Positions 30,662 to 43,806 of a stretch of 64,000 bases of DNA are shown here, piece by piece (positions within the stretch are counted from its first letter, which is position 1; every line of letters starts with the position of its first letter). Source of the DNA: Methanothermococcus sp. Ax23 (GTDB lineage Archaea; AGJL01; Methanococci; Methanococcales; Methanococcaceae). A program made the position numbers and the translations under genes. The notes beneath the pieces were generated by a model. The model searched no databases, had not been told where the DNA came from, and saw nothing but the letters and a program-made list of their open reading frames with translations. The stretch lies in contig NZ_CP157522.1 of NCBI RefSeq assembly GCF_049075655.1, positions 864,001 through 928,000 on the forward strand. Reading direction: 5' to 3'.

Positions 30662-32062
30662 ATGTTCATAAACGGAGAATGGGTTTTAAGGGATGATTTA
30701 AAAGTAATAAATCCATACACTCTTGAAACCATTGGGAATATCACTTCACTAAGTAGAAAAGAGACAAAGGAAGCAATTAAAATAGCCGAAGAACATAAAT
30801 CAGTTATGAAAAATCTTCCCCCATCGACCAGATACAGCATTTTGATGAATATAGCATCCGAAATACAGAAAAATAAGGAAAAACTGGCAAAAATTATATC
30901 CGTAGATGCTGGAAAGCCAATAAGGCAATCCATAATTGAAGTAGATAGAACCATTGGCACATTTAAATTTGCAGCATTTTATGCAAAGGAGCTCAGGGGG
31001 GAAACAATACCATTGGAAAATGGCATCATACTAACAAAAAGGGAGCCAGTGGGACTTATTGGAGCAATTACTCCTTTTAATTTCCCACTGAATTTAGTAG
31101 CTCATAAGGTAGCTCCCGCAATAGCAACAGGAAATAGTTTAGTTCTTCATCCATCATCAAAGGCTCCAATGGCGGCAATTGAATTAACAAAGATTATCGA
31201 AAAGGTTTTAAAAAGTAAAAATGTTCCATTGGGAGTATTTAACCTTTTAACTGGAATGGGGGATGTTGTAGGGGATGAAATAGTAAAAAACGATAAAATA
31301 AACATGGTTTCATTTACTGGAAGTGTGGAAGTGGGAGAATCCATTACAAAAAATGCAGGATTCAAAAAGATAACCTTAGAGCTCGGGGGCAATAATCCGA
31401 TGATTGTTTTAAAGGATGGAGATATAAAAAAGGCAGTTAAATCATGTGTTAGAGGAAAATTCTTAAATTCCGGGCAGGTTTGTATATCTGTTGGAAGGGT
31501 GCTTGTTGAGGATGAAGTTGCAGATGAGTTTATAAAGGGGGTAATTGAAGAAACAAAAAAATTAAAGGTTGGCAATCCGTTGGATAGGGAAACAGATATT
31601 GGGGCACTAATAACTCCTGAAAGTGCTGAAAGAGTGGAAAATTTAATAAACCAGTCTGTTGAGGAAGGAGGAAAAATACTGTATGGTGGGAAAAGGGAAA
31701 AATCCGTCGTTTATCCAACAATTATGGATGTAAATCACGATAACATATTATCAAAAATAGAGATTTTTGCACCAGTTTTGCCTATAATTAGAATTAAAGA
31801 TATGGATGAGGCATTACACTATGCAAATAATACAAAATATGGTCTTCATGCAGGTGTATTTACCAATGACATAAATAAGGCATTTAAACTTGCAGATGAG
31901 CTCGAATATGGAGGGGTTCTTATAAACAACAGCCCAACATTTAGAAGGGACAATATGCCATTTGGAGGAATCAAAAGAAGCGGAATGGGTAGAGAGGGTG
32001 TAAAATACGCCGTTGAAGAGATGAGCGAAATAAAAACAATTATCATAAACAATATACAATAA
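30662..32062 (+). CDS. Lactaldehyde dehydrogenase (ALDH family, MJ1411-like)
   Basis: ITPFNFP, FTGS, LELGG, GQVCIS, EIFAP, PFGG. Confidence 0.85.
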   Translation: MFINGEWVLRDDLKVINPYTLETIGNITSLSRKETKEAIKIAEEHKSVMKNLPPSTRYSILMNIASEIQKNKEKLAKIISVDAGKPIRQSIIEVDRTIGTFKFAAFYAKELRGETIPLENGIILTKREPVGLIGAITPFNFPLNLVAHKVAPAIATGNSLVLHPSSKAPMAAIELTKIIEKVLKSKNVPLGVFNLLTGMGDVVGDEIVKNDKINMVSFTGSVEVGESITKNAGFKKITLELGGNNPMIVLKDGDIKKAVKSCVRGKFLNSGQVCISVGRVLVEDEVADEFIKGVIEETKKLKVGNPLDRETDIGALITPESAERVENLINQSVEEGGKILYGGKREKSVVYPTIMDVNHDNILSKIEIFAPVLPIIRIKDMDEALHYANNTKYGLHAGVFTNDINKAFKLADELEYGGVLINNSPTFRRDNMPFGGIKRSGMGREGVKYAVEEMSEIKTIIINNIQ

Positions 32063-32135
32063 CCCATATAATAACAAATATACCAATACTAACACGCATT
32101 AAACTTACTTAATTTATTTTTTATAGGGATAGCAT

Positions 32136-32888
32136 ATGGAGCTCGACATAATCCATTTAAAAGAAATTGATTCCACAAATAAATATTGCTATAAATTGGG
32201 AAAAGATGGGAAAAGAAACTTAATTGTCGTCTCAGATGTTCAGACAGGAGGCGTTGGACGACTTGAAAGAAAATGGTATTCAGATTTTGGAGGGCTTTAT
32301 TTTTCCATACTTCTAGATTTAGAAGAATTTAAAAAGGAATGTAAAAATGATAATATTGGCAAATTAAATTTTTTGGGCTCATTATCTACTTATGAAACAC
32401 TAAATTGTTATTTGAAAGATTTTAAAACAGTTGGATGTATTGGAATAAAATTTCCAAATGACATAATTGTCAATGTAGAAAATAAAGATAAGAAACTATC
32501 GGGAATACTGAGCGAAATAAATATAAATTATGGATTTTTAGTTTTAGGGATTGGCATAAATGTCAATAACAAAATACATGATGAAATAAAAGACATTGCC
32601 ACATCATTAAAGGAATTGGAAGGAAAAGAGTTTGATAGGTTTGAAATTCTTAATAAATTTATTGATAATTTTAAAAATAACTACTATCTAAATGATGATG
32701 AGGTTTTAAAGGGATATAAAAAATATTCAAAAACCATGGGCAAATATGTTAAGGTAATCACTCCGAAAGAGGAAATTAAGGGAACGGTTTTTGATATTGA
32801 TTATGGTGGTATTCATTTAGCAACAAGTGATGGAATTAAACATATATCTGTTGGTGATTGTGTTCATCTGAGGAAAGATAAAAGATAA
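32136..32888 (+). CDS. birA: Biotin--protein ligase
   Basis: IDSTN, QTGGVGR..RKW, IKFPND, KKLSGIL, GIGINV. Confidence 0.88.
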   Translation: MELDIIHLKEIDSTNKYCYKLGKDGKRNLIVVSDVQTGGVGRLERKWYSDFGGLYFSILLDLEEFKKECKNDNIGKLNFLGSLSTYETLNCYLKDFKTVGCIGIKFPNDIIVNVENKDKKLSGILSEININYGFLVLGIGINVNNKIHDEIKDIATSLKELEGKEFDRFEILNKFIDNFKNNYYLNDDEVLKGYKKYSKTMGKYVKVITPKEEIKGTVFDIDYGGIHLATSDGIKHISVGDCVHLRKDKR

Positions 32889-32955
32889 AATAATAATATA
32901 AAGTTTAGTCAATATAGCCACTAATGAAAAGAAAATAAATAAATTTGGTGAAATT

Positions 32956-33573
32956 GTGATTTACAAACTAAATGGTATAGGGTATGATTCAAATACTTAT
33001 TTAATAATTGGAAAAAAGAACATATTAGTAGACCCGGGAACTCCAAATACATTTAACATGTTAAAGGATGAAATTAAAAACACCGCAAAAGATATAGACT
33101 ATATTATAAACACGCACTGCCATTATGACCATGCTGGAAGCGATTATTTATATGAAGAATATTTTAATGCACCAATAATAATTCACGATTTAGAAGTTGA
33201 TGATTTGAAAAATAATACAAACACCACAGTATCCGCTTTATTTAATAGGGAATTGACGCCACCAAAGGAAATAATTCCTATAAGTGAGGTTTTAGGGGAA
33301 TTGGAAAAATACAATATAGAGATTGTAGAAACCCCTGGGCATACAAAGGGAAGTATAAGCCTAATATACAACGATAATCTCATTACGGGAGATACATTAT
33401 TTGCCTATGGCGTAGGTAGATGGGATTTTCCAACTGGAAATTTAATCGATTTACGGAGCTCAGTATCAAAACTTGAAAGAATAGCTTATGAAAGAAATAT
33501 AATAAATATACTTCCGGGACATGGAGAAAAAGGAAATTTAAGTGCATTTTCAAATGCAAAACTGTTTTTATAA
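32956..33573 (+). CDS. MBL-fold metallo-hydrolase
   Basis: THCHYDH, TPGHT, GDTLF, PGHG. Confidence 0.88.
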   Translation: MIYKLNGIGYDSNTYLIIGKKNILVDPGTPNTFNMLKDEIKNTAKDIDYIINTHCHYDHAGSDYLYEEYFNAPIIIHDLEVDDLKNNTNTTVSALFNRELTPPKEIIPISEVLGELEKYNIEIVETPGHTKGSISLIYNDNLITGDTLFAYGVGRWDFPTGNLIDLRSSVSKLERIAYERNIINILPGHGEKGNLSAFSNAKLFL

Positions 33574-33594
33574 CTATAAAATATATTAAGTGAT

Positions 33595-34263
33595 ATGATG
33601 TTCTCTGCATTGATACCAGTTTCACCGCTAAATACAGTAAAATCCAGATTAAAAAACTTTTTAACACCAGAAGAAAGAGTAGATTTAATAAAAAACATGC
33701 TTTTAGATGTCCATAGTAGCGTTAAATCAGTATGTGATAAGGTATATGTTGTAAGTAAAGATGAAGAAATGCTCGAATTCTCAAAAAAACATGGGATAAT
33801 AGCAATACCTGAAAGAGAAGATATTAAAGGACTCAATGAAGCAATAGCTTATGCTTTTGAACATATAAAAGAAGATGCTGTTATGATAGTTCCTGCTGAT
33901 ATTCCCTTGATTAAAGAGGATGATTTGAGGGAGGTTGTAAAAAAATTGGATGAGAGCTCCGTAATAATGTGCCCATCAAGAGGAGGGGGAACAAATTTAC
34001 TTCTCCTAAATCCAAAGGATGTTATTAAAACACGGTATGAAGGATTCAGTTTTTTAAAACATATTGAGGAATGCGAAAAAAATAATTTAAAGACAATAAT
34101 TTATCCATCCTTTTATATTTCAATAGATATAAACACCGTTGAAGATTTAGGAGAAATTCTTATTCACGGAAAAGATACGAATACCTATAAGTATTTAAAG
34201 AGTTTGGGGATATCTGTTCTTCCAAAGCATTCATCTGCTGGAAGATTTGAAGTTATACGATAA
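33595..34263 (+). CDS. cofC: 2-phospho-L-lactate guanylyltransferase (F420 biosynthesis)
   Basis: KSRL...L...[22 protein letters not shown]. Confidence 0.9.
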   Translation: MMFSALIPVSPLNTVKSRLKNFLTPEERVDLIKNMLLDVHSSVKSVCDKVYVVSKDEEMLEFSKKHGIIAIPEREDIKGLNEAIAYAFEHIKEDAVMIVPADIPLIKEDDLREVVKKLDESSVIMCPSRGGGTNLLLLNPKDVIKTRYEGFSFLKHIEECEKNNLKTIIYPSFYISIDINTVEDLGEILIHGKDTNTYKYLKSLGISVLPKHSSAGRFEVIR

Positions 34264-34338
34264 ATTATTATTGTAATTGTTAATTATTAATCATTAGTTA
34301 TTGTTTATTTTTATCTTTTTTACCAAGGTGGTGATAAT

Positions 34339-34620
34339 ATGGTAGTTGCAGAAGTTAGTATAATACCGTTGGGAGAAGGTCCAAGCGTATCTAAATATGT
34401 TAAAAAGGCATTAGGGGTTTTTAAGAAGTATAATTTAAAAATAGAACCTTGTGCAATGGGAACAATATTAGAAGGGGATTTAGATGAAGTATTAAAAGCA
34501 TTTAAGGAAGCACATGAAGAAGTATTAAAGGATACAACAAGAGTAGTGAGCTCACTAAAAATTGATGAAAGAAAGGACAAGGAAAATACAATAGAAAGAA
34601 AATTAAATGCCATCAAATGA
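34339..34620 (+). CDS. MTH1187-family thiamine-binding protein
   Basis: SIIPLG..SVSKYV, AMGTILEG, RV...LKIDER. Confidence 0.88.
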   Translation: MVVAEVSIIPLGEGPSVSKYVKKALGVFKKYNLKIEPCAMGTILEGDLDEVLKAFKEAHEEVLKDTTRVVSSLKIDERKDKENTIERKLNAIK

Positions 34621-34850
34621 GGTAATAAAAGCATTTTGCCGAGTGAGATTATTTTAACAGATTTTAATAAGCTTCTAATATTCTAGAATGGTATAAAAAT
34701 ACCCAAAATGATGTTGTAAGGCGAAGAGAGAATCAAATCGAAGATATATGGAAATTTTTAAATAGTTTTTATTTTTTAAGGAATATTTTAATATAAATTT
34801 TGTATATTTTATATTAATAAGTTGATATTGCATATTTTAGTGGTGGTATT

Positions 34851-35333
34851 ATGACTCAACATATGTTGGCAGGATTAAGAGCTCTCACTGCAAAAAAACT
34901 TAGGGAAAAAGGATTAACCCATGAAGAAATTGCAAAATTGCTTAAAGTAGATAGAACAGTAATTACCCATTATTTAGCCGGTAGAATACCTGCAAAAGAA
35001 GTGGTTAAATGTGCAAAAGTTGTTGCTGAAAAGTTTTATCCAAGGGATGCAGTTCTTTTTATTAAAACTGTTTGTGATGACAAGGATATTATAAATACAA
35101 TTACGGAGACGCTTATTTCTAACAATATAGATGTTGATACAGCTATTTCCAATGAGTGTAATTTATGCAAAATATGTATAGATGTGTGCCCAACAAGTGC
35201 AATAAGTGTTGGGGATAATACAATACATATTGATAAAAATAAATGTTGTGGATGTGAATTATGTCAGGAGTTATGTCCAAAAAATGCCATATTTTTAAAA
35301 ATAATTAGGGATAGTAGGACTGAGTTAGGATAA
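34851..35333 (+). CDS. HTH + 2x[4Fe-4S] ferredoxin-domain putative regulator
   Basis: GLTHEEIAKLLKVDRTVITHYLAG HTH; two CxxCxxCxxxCP motifs. Confidence 0.82.
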   Translation: MTQHMLAGLRALTAKKLREKGLTHEEIAKLLKVDRTVITHYLAGRIPAKEVVKCAKVVAEKFYPRDAVLFIKTVCDDKDIINTITETLISNNIDVDTAISNECNLCKICIDVCPTSAISVGDNTIHIDKNKCCGCELCQELCPKNAIFLKIIRDSRTELG

Positions 35334-35520
35334 TATATATTTGTTTTTTCATTATTTATATCAAATAATTTTCCAAATATTCTTTTTTAATATATATTTA
35401 AATTATTATTTTTATTTCTATTTGTTCATATTTTTTATTTATTTTTTATTTTAATATTTTATGATGGCGCATTCAATATATTTAATATCCATAAATTAAA
35501 TTTGTAGTAATTATATATAA

Positions 35521-36672
<1,152 letters not shown>

Positions 36673-36711
36673 TAAACTATTAATTTCTTATTTTTTATTC
36701 TTTAATTTTTA

Positions 36712-37650
36712 TTAATTCAATAAAATGTATTTTTTAAAGGAAATAAAAACCTTATCTCCAACTTTTAAATCATTATCGTAATAAATGGATTTTATGGTGG
36801 AGGAGTTATTTAGCGATATGGTTAATTTTTTATAATGTCCAAAATCATACATTCCAGTGATTTCGCCAGCGAGCTCATCCTTGCTACTGGAATTATATTT
36901 TTTAACAATTATGTTATGTGGCTCCACTCCATATAATTTACCATTATATTTTATGACATTATATCCAAAGAACCTTGCAACTTTTTCATTTTTTGGATTG
37001 TTAAATATTTTTTCCTTATCTCCATAATCTACGATTTCCCCATTACTTACAAATACAATATTTTTCCCAAGCATTTTAGCCTCTAAAAAATCATGGGTAA
37101 TATGGATTATAGGTAGGAGCTCACCTATTTTTTTTAATTCATTTATAATATTCTCCTTATTGTTTATGTCAAGGGCAGAAGTAGGTTCATCTAACAGCAA
37201 TATTTTAGGGTGCAATACCAAAGCCCGAGCAAGAGCCACTCGCTGCTGTTCTCCTCCACTTAATGTAGGGGGATTACGGGACAATAATTTATCAATATTT
37301 AAAAATTCAGATATTTCTTTAATTCTTTTTTCACGCTCTAATTTTCCAAATTTTTTTAATTTTAATCCATAATCTATATTTTTATAAACTGTCATATGTG
37401 GAAATAAACCATAATTTTGAGGAACATATCCGAAATTCCTTTTTTCAGGGGGTATGTCTGTAATATCCTCTCCGTTATAATATATTCTTCCGGAATTTGG
37501 CTTTAAAATCCCTGCAATGCACTTAATAATTATAGATTTCCCTGCACCACTTGGACCAAGTAATATTGTGTAATCCTCACTTAATTTGAGATTTACATTT
37601 TTTAATTGAAATTCCTTCCAAATTTTACTGATATTTTTTAGTTCAATCAT
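36712..37650 (-). CDS. wtpC: Tungstate/molybdate ABC transporter ATPase
   Basis: GPSGAGKS, LSGGEQQR, LLLDEP; adjacent to wtpA/wtpB. Confidence 0.85.
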   Translation of the reverse strand: MIELKNISKIWKEFQLKNVNLKLSEDYTILLGPSGAGKSIIIKCIAGILKPNSGRIYYNGEDITDIPPEKRNFGYVPQNYGLFPHMTVYKNIDYGLKLKKFGKLEREKRIKEISEFLNIDKLLSRNPPTLSGGEQQRVALARALVLHPKILLLDEPTSALDINNKENIINELKKIGELLPIIHITHDFLEAKMLGKNIVFVSNGEIVDYGDKEKIFNNPKNEKVARFFGYNVIKYNGKLYGVEPHNIIVKKYNSSSKDELAGEITGMYDFGHYKKLTISLNNSSTIKSIYYDNDLKVGDKVFISFKKYILLN

Positions 37651-37729
37651 GCAGACCACATTCAGTTAATTCATTTAATTATTAGTTTTAGCAAATAAAG
37701 TAATAAGATAATCCGATTTTCTATCTATT

Positions 37730-38530
37730 TTATGAATCCCTATTGTTTTTAGATTGGAATATCCTTAGTATGGCAAATAATAATATGCTCACAACTATCA
37801 TAATTACAGCAATAGGTTTTGATGCGCTGAGTCCATATTCGTTAAACCTATCCAATATAAGCACAGGTGCAGTTTTTGGAAAGTATGCTACAATTAAAAT
37901 TGCCCCAACTTCACTAATCCCCCTGGCAAATGTAAGAATACTCCCAGAAATCAAATTATTTTTTATAAGCGGCAATGATATATTAAAAAATGTTTTTATT
38001 TGCGAAGCTCCCAAAGTTCGGGAAACATTTTCGAGCTCCTCATCAATCATGGAAAACCCATTTTTAGCACTATTTACCATAAATGGAAGTCCAGTGTATA
38101 GCATTACAACAACTATCCCCCAAAAATTATCTACAATCATAACTCCATAGTTTTTTAATACCGTTCCAATGGTAGTTCCATAAATCACCGTTAGTATCAT
38201 AATACCAATTACAGAATGGGGTATTGCCATAGGTATGTCTATTATTGCCTCAATAATGTTTTTACCATTGAACTCGTATTTTGAGAGAATATATGACAAC
38301 GGCACTCCAAATATTAGGGCTACTATTGTTGCCGTAAAAGCCGCCTTTAAACTAACTAATAGGGAGTTTATGACCTCTTTATCCGCAACAGCTGTTGAAA
38401 TATCGCCCGGATTTAATAACATGGTAATTATGGGAATGAATATAAACAAAAATATCATTACAGATATTATTAAAAAAGATACTATAAACCAATAATTAAC
38501 CATATTTTTGTTAAATGTATTCTTGAACAT
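37730..38530 (-). CDS. wtpB: Tungstate/molybdate ABC transporter permease
   Basis: IDIPMAIPHSV, SRTLGAS EAA loop, FARGISE. Confidence 0.85.
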   Translation of the reverse strand: MFKNTFNKNMVNYWFIVSFLIISVMIFLFIFIPIITMLLNPGDISTAVADKEVINSLLVSLKAAFTATIVALIFGVPLSYILSKYEFNGKNIIEAIIDIPMAIPHSVIGIMILTVIYGTTIGTVLKNYGVMIVDNFWGIVVVMLYTGLPFMVNSAKNGFSMIDEELENVSRTLGASQIKTFFNISLPLIKNNLISGSILTFARGISEVGAILIVAYFPKTAPVLILDRFNEYGLSASKPIAVIMIVVSILLFAILRIFQSKNNRDS

Positions 38531-38705
38531 AATCATCAATATAATTTTTGGTAGTTTATATTGTATATTACTATATAAATATTATGTTAATTACAACTAA
38601 TTAATCAATAAATTGGAATAAGCTCAAAACTCCTGATAGTGTAAGAATTATAGGCGGATTAAAATAATATATTCTTAAAATAGATATTTTAAAAAATAAA
38701 GGTTT

Positions 38706-39980
38706 TTATTCAATTAATTTAGAATATGCCTTTTCTGCCATTTCATAAACTTTTTTCTCATCAATATTTACCATTTTTCCATCATTTAAAACAATATTTC
38801 CATCGATTATGACTATATCTACATTCCCGTTGAATGAATAAACTAAATGGGAGTGCATATTTTCCTTTGGAATTAAATAAGGTCTATCTAAATCTACTAA
38901 AACAATATCTGCAAGAGCTCCTTCCACTAACTTACCAGCATTTAAACCAAGGGCATGAGCTCCGTTTTTTGTGGCAAAATTAAATGACTCGTTGGCATTG
39001 ACAACAGTTGGATTTAATGATATTCCTTTATGAATAAGGGAAGCTGTTTTTATCTCTTCGAAAAGGTTTAAATTGTTGTTGCTTCCGCATCCATCTGTTC
39101 CAAGGGTGATTAAAATGTCGTTTTCCATAAGTTTTGGAATTGGAGCTATTCCAGAGGCAAGTTTTAAATTGCTTATTGGGTTGTGGGATACTGCTATGTT
39201 TTTATTTTTTATAATGTTTAGTTCATCCTCTGAAAGATGGACGCAGTGGGCGGATATTACCTTTACATCATCAAAGAATCCAAAGGAATTAAGGTATTCA
39301 AAAGGTCTCATTCCGGTTTTTTCCTTTATGGTTTTTATCTCGTCCAGAGTTTCATTCATGTGAATATGTATTGGAACATCATATTCCTTAGCCATGTTAT
39401 GGGTTTCCATTAGGAGCTCCTTTGAACAGGTATATGGTGCATGAGGTCCTAACACAGGGTTTATCCTTTGGTCGTTCAGTTTTTTTATTTGTTTAATGGT
39501 CTCTTCACTTGTTTTAAGCTCTTTTTCTCTTTTTTCTTCATCAAATAAATCAATCATTCCATATGCCAAAAAGCTCCTAATCCCGGTTTCTTTTACTGCC
39601 TTAATTATTCCATCTAAATAAAAATACATGTCATTGAATGTTGTTGTTCCGCTTTTAATCATTTCTATACATCCAAGCAGAGCTCCTGCATAAACAATAT
39701 CTTCGTTTAATTTTGCCTCCATTTTCCAGATGTAATCGTTCAACCATTCCATAAGTGGCAAATCATCGGCAACTCCCCTAAAAAGTGTCATAGGTATGTG
39801 TGTATGTGTATTTACAAGTCCGGGAATTGCCATTTTATTTTTACCATCTATTATCTTTAAATCCTTTTCATTTAGGTTTTCTTTATCTATCAGATTTTTT
39901 CCTATTCTTTTTATTTTATTTCCATCAATTAATAAATCCTGTATGGTGTTGTTTATTAGAGCTCCTTTTATTAGAATCAT
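38706..39980 (-). CDS. dadD: 5'-deoxyadenosine deaminase (MTA/SAH deaminase family)
   Basis: PGLVNTHTH, HAPYTC, HIHMNET, HNPISNLKL, GTDG. Confidence 0.82.
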   Translation of the reverse strand: MILIKGALINNTIQDLLIDGNKIKRIGKNLIDKENLNEKDLKIIDGKNKMAIPGLVNTHTHIPMTLFRGVADDLPLMEWLNDYIWKMEAKLNEDIVYAGALLGCIEMIKSGTTTFNDMYFYLDGIIKAVKETGIRSFLAYGMIDLFDEEKREKELKTSEETIKQIKKLNDQRINPVLGPHAPYTCSKELLMETHNMAKEYDVPIHIHMNETLDEIKTIKEKTGMRPFEYLNSFGFFDDVKVISAHCVHLSEDELNIIKNKNIAVSHNPISNLKLASGIAPIPKLMENDILITLGTDGCGSNNNLNLFEEIKTASLIHKGISLNPTVVNANESFNFATKNGAHALGLNAGKLVEGALADIVLVDLDRPYLIPKENMHSHLVYSFNGNVDIVIIDGNIVLNDGKMVNIDEKKVYEMAEKAYSKLIE

Positions 39981-40139
39981 AATAATACCTCAATTTTATT
40001 TATTACCTTGATTTTAATTTTATATCTTTATATTTTTAAGTAAATTTTACTTTTTATTCTTTTTTTATACTCCTATTTTCGTTTTTGAGTGAGTGAAGCA
40101 GACAGAGTATATATAAATTGAAGTTTTTATCTGATTTTA

Positions 40140-41525
40140 TTAACTTAATATAGTTTTAGTTCTCACACTTCCACCACCATCCCCAACTGGAACGCTCTGA
40201 CCATTTTTACCGCAGTATCCAACGCTCAATTTAAATTCGTCGGATACTGCGTCTATATTATGAAGAATGTCTAATATTTCACCACTAAGACCTGCATCTC
40301 TTAAAGGCGTAGTTAATTCCCCATTTTCAATTAAAAAAGCCTCAACTGCATTGAATTGGAATAATCCCTTTCCTGTATCAACCTGACCTCCCCTTGAACC
40401 TTTTAAAAATATACCGTTTTTTGTATCTTGTAGGAGTTCATCAAATTTCCAATCTCCCGGCTGTATGTAGGTGTTGCTCATTCTAACAATAGGTTTGTTT
40501 AATCCCTGAGCTCTTGCGTTTCCAGTGGTTTCCATATTCAACCTTCCCGCAGTCTCTCGGGTGTGAAGGTAGTTTTTTAAAACTCCATTTTCAATTATTT
40601 TGGTTTCGCTTCCCTTTACTCCTTCACTATCGTATTTATAGTATCCAAAAGAACCTTCTATCAATGGATTATCGATTACAGTTACATATTCGCTTCCAAC
40701 AACTTCTCCGATTTTATCCTTAAATACGCTGTCATTCTGCAAAACTAAATCAGCCTCTGAGGCATGACCAACCGCCTCATGGATAAATACACCTGCGAGC
40801 TCCGGGTCAAGGATTACATTGAACTCCCCTTTTGGACATGGTTTAGCACTAAGTAATCTTAACGCCCTATTTTTTGCATTTTCTGCTTTTTGAGGTATGT
40901 TTCCTTCTTTTATAACTTCAAATCCATCTCCACCAAGCCTTTCAGAGGCGTACTGCAATGTAGAGTCCTTTGCAACCGCTGTCATATACATTAAAACTCG
41001 TATATTTTCATTTTCAATTCTTGTTCCTTCGCTGTTAATAAATAAAGAATGTCCTACGGCATCGGAATATGCCACAGAGGTGCTAACTATTTTATTATTT
41101 TTATCGTCATTGCCGTTTTTCATATGCTCGTGTGCAAGCATTAGATATTCCTTTTTTTCGTCGGTGCAGATATTTTCAGGATTTATTTTTGCATTTGATT
41201 TAACATAATCCTCATAGGTTTTTACATCCTTTAAAATCACCGTTTTTTTAGAATTCTCATTAGAAATTTTGGCAATTTTATATGCTTTTTGTATTAGTTC
41301 CTCTATTTCATTTAGATTTACCTTGTTTGAAGTTGCATATCCCCATCCATTTTTATAAAGCACTCTCACAGATACTCCTGCACTCATACCAGATGAAATT
41401 TCATCGATATTTCCATCTTTTAGAATTATGTGATTGGATTCTCCAAAACCTGCCCTAATATCACAATAGGTGCCCATAAACATTTTTTCAAGCTTTTCTA
41501 AATCAATATATTTTAAATCATCCAT
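40140..41525 (-). CDS. tldD: TldD family metalloprotease
   Basis: HEAVGHASEAD, VRMSNTY, GYCGK.GQSVPV. Confidence 0.9.
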   Translation of the reverse strand: MDDLKYIDLEKLEKMFMGTYCDIRAGFGESNHIILKDGNIDEISSGMSAGVSVRVLYKNGWGYATSNKVNLNEIEELIQKAYKIAKISNENSKKTVILKDVKTYEDYVKSNAKINPENICTDEKKEYLMLAHEHMKNGNDDKNNKIVSTSVAYSDAVGHSLFINSEGTRIENENIRVLMYMTAVAKDSTLQYASERLGGDGFEVIKEGNIPQKAENAKNRALRLLSAKPCPKGEFNVILDPELAGVFIHEAVGHASEADLVLQNDSVFKDKIGEVVGSEYVTVIDNPLIEGSFGYYKYDSEGVKGSETKIIENGVLKNYLHTRETAGRLNMETTGNARAQGLNKPIVRMSNTYIQPGDWKFDELLQDTKNGIFLKGSRGGQVDTGKGLFQFNAVEAFLIENGELTTPLRDAGLSGEILDILHNIDAVSDEFKLSVGYCGKNGQSVPVGDGGGSVRTKTILS

Positions 41526-41766
41526 TTTTTCACCTTTTATTATGGCAATTAGTAATTAATTAGTTAAATCATATTAAATTAAATCATATTGAAATATAAA
41601 ATAACATGTATCTATAATATAGCAAATATAAAATAATAATTAAAATTAAAATAAATAATAATAAATATAAAATATAATAATGTAATAATTATTTGAAACA
41701 ATAGGTTATTTACAACGTTAAAATATTTTTAATACCTATATCGATATAATTAATCTTTTTGGTGAA

Positions 41767-42939
41767 ATGATGTTTATTGGAACCCCTCTTTTTTCAAATG
41801 CAACTAAGATATTATTATTAGGTAGTGGTGAGCTCGGTAAGGAAGTAATTTTGGAAGCTCAAAGATTAGGTTTAGAATGTGTTGCTGTTGATAGTTATCA
41901 AAATGCCCCTGCAATGCAGGTTGCACATAGAAGCTATGTAGTGGATATGAAAGATGGGGATGCCCTAAGAGCAATTATTGAAAAAGAAGTTCCTGATTAT
42001 ATTATTCCAGAGATAGAGGCTATAAATACGGACACTCTTATAGAAATGGAAGAATTTGGATATAGAGTAGTTCCAACAGCCAGTGCCACGAAAATTACAA
42101 TGGATAGGGAAGGTATTAGAAGATTGGCAGCTGAAAAACTTAATTTAAGAACTGCAAAATATGAATTTGCAGAATCATTGGAAGAGTTAAAGGATGCAGT
42201 GGATAAAATAGGAATGCCTTGTGTTGTTAAACCGATAATGTCATCTTCTGGAAAAGGTCAAAGCACAATCAAAACAGAAGAAGACATAGAAAAGGCATGG
42301 AATTATGCAAAGAGCTCCGCAAGAGGCATTGGAACAAAGGTAATAGTTGAAGAGTTTATAGAATTTGATTATGAAATTACCCTTTTAACTGCAAGAACCG
42401 AAGAAGGAACAAAATTCTGTCCACCTATTGGACATATTCAGATAGATGGTGATTACCACGAGAGCTGGCAACCTCATCCAATGAGTGAAGAGACATTAGA
42501 GAGAGCTCAGGATATGGCACATAAAATAACAAGTATGTTAGGGGGTCGTGGTATATTTGGTGTAGAGTTGTTTATTAAAGGAGATGAGGTAATATTTAGC
42601 GAAGTCTCCCCAAGACCTCATGATACAGGTATGGTTACAATGATTACTCAAAATATGAGCGAGTTTGAGATACATCTTAGAAGTATATTGGGACTTCCTG
42701 TTGATATAAAATTAATAACTCCTGGAGCAAGCCATGTAATAAAATCAGATATTCACAAATGGGCTCCGCAATACGATGTTTCAGATGCTTTAAAGGTGCC
42801 AAATACAAAATTGAGAATATTTGGAAAACCATTGGCAAAGGTTGGAAGAAGGATGGGAGTTGCATTGGCATCTGCTGATGACATCGAAACTGCAAGGGAA
42901 AACGCTAAAAAATGTGCCCATGCTGTTGAAATAAAATAA
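41767..42939 (+). CDS. purT: Formate-dependent phosphoribosylglycinamide formyltransferase
   Basis: [35 protein letters not shown]. Confidence 0.96.
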   Translation: MMFIGTPLFSNATKILLLGSGELGKEVILEAQRLGLECVAVDSYQNAPAMQVAHRSYVVDMKDGDALRAIIEKEVPDYIIPEIEAINTDTLIEMEEFGYRVVPTASATKITMDREGIRRLAAEKLNLRTAKYEFAESLEELKDAVDKIGMPCVVKPIMSSSGKGQSTIKTEEDIEKAWNYAKSSARGIGTKVIVEEFIEFDYEITLLTARTEEGTKFCPPIGHIQIDGDYHESWQPHPMSEETLERAQDMAHKITSMLGGRGIFGVELFIKGDEVIFSEVSPRPHDTGMVTMITQNMSEFEIHLRSILGLPVDIKLITPGASHVIKSDIHKWAPQYDVSDALKVPNTKLRIFGKPLAKVGRRMGVALASADDIETARENAKKCAHAVEIK

Positions 42940-42985
42940 ATAAGGAAGAATAATAAAAAAATGATTTTTGATATTTTTATTTATT

Positions 42986-43678
42986 TTATAGATATTTTTT
43001 TAGCACCAAATAAACCACTACCAAAAACCATAAACCTATAATAATTAATGCCTCTTTTTTGCGGAATTTATAATTTGATGGATACAATGCATTACATCCC
43101 GCAGGAGTTAAACTATCTCCAACTATGTGGGATAAATACCCTAACCCTATTGGGACGATATAATGATACATTCCTGAGAAATTTACAAGAGGACTTTGAA
43201 TCTCTGAAATAATTAAATACATTCCCATCCAAACAAAAACACATATTGCTATTACCTTACCAAGAAGTTTATCATTTGTAACCATTATTAAGGCAATTAT
43301 TCCTGCAATTATAGGGGAAAGCACGGACATTTTATAAGTTAAAAATCCCAATATGGGGGAAATTACTATCAAACTTAAAAATGTGTGGGTGATGCCCCTG
43401 TGATTTGCAAAATGTGGAATTAAATAAATCAATAACACAGCAACTGCCCCAACAAAAAGACCTAAATCAAAATATTGAGGTTTGAATAGATATATCAAAG
43501 TGTCTATTAAAACAAGAGCTCCTGCAAAATATATTCCTCTCTCCACAATTTCCGACTTTACATTATGGTCCAAGTCTGGATACAGAGCTCCGGCAACAAG
43601 CAAAAAAATCTGTTCAGGGGACGATAAAAAAGGCAGTCCCATTATTATTCCAAATATTGTATGTCCCTTCCAATTCAT
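42986..43678 (-). CDS. Membrane-bound metal-dependent hydrolase (YdjM family)
   Basis: H at N-terminus, PDLDH, HRGITH, SHIVGD. Confidence 0.82.
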   Translation of the reverse strand: MNWKGHTIFGIIMGLPFLSSPEQIFLLVAGALYPDLDHNVKSEIVERGIYFAGALVLIDTLIYLFKPQYFDLGLFVGAVAVLLIYLIPHFANHRGITHTFLSLIVISPILGFLTYKMSVLSPIIAGIIALIMVTNDKLLGKVIAICVFVWMGMYLIISEIQSPLVNFSGMYHYIVPIGLGYLSHIVGDSLTPAGCNALYPSNYKFRKKEALIIIGLWFLVVVYLVLKKYL

Positions 43679-43806
43679 AATAACACTCTTCTTTTTTATG
43701 TTGGGTTTTAACTCATAATTTTTATACTTTTTAAACTATATGCTATATTATAATTTAAATAATGTATATTTTAAACATGTAATATAATAGTAGATAGGGT
43801 GATAGT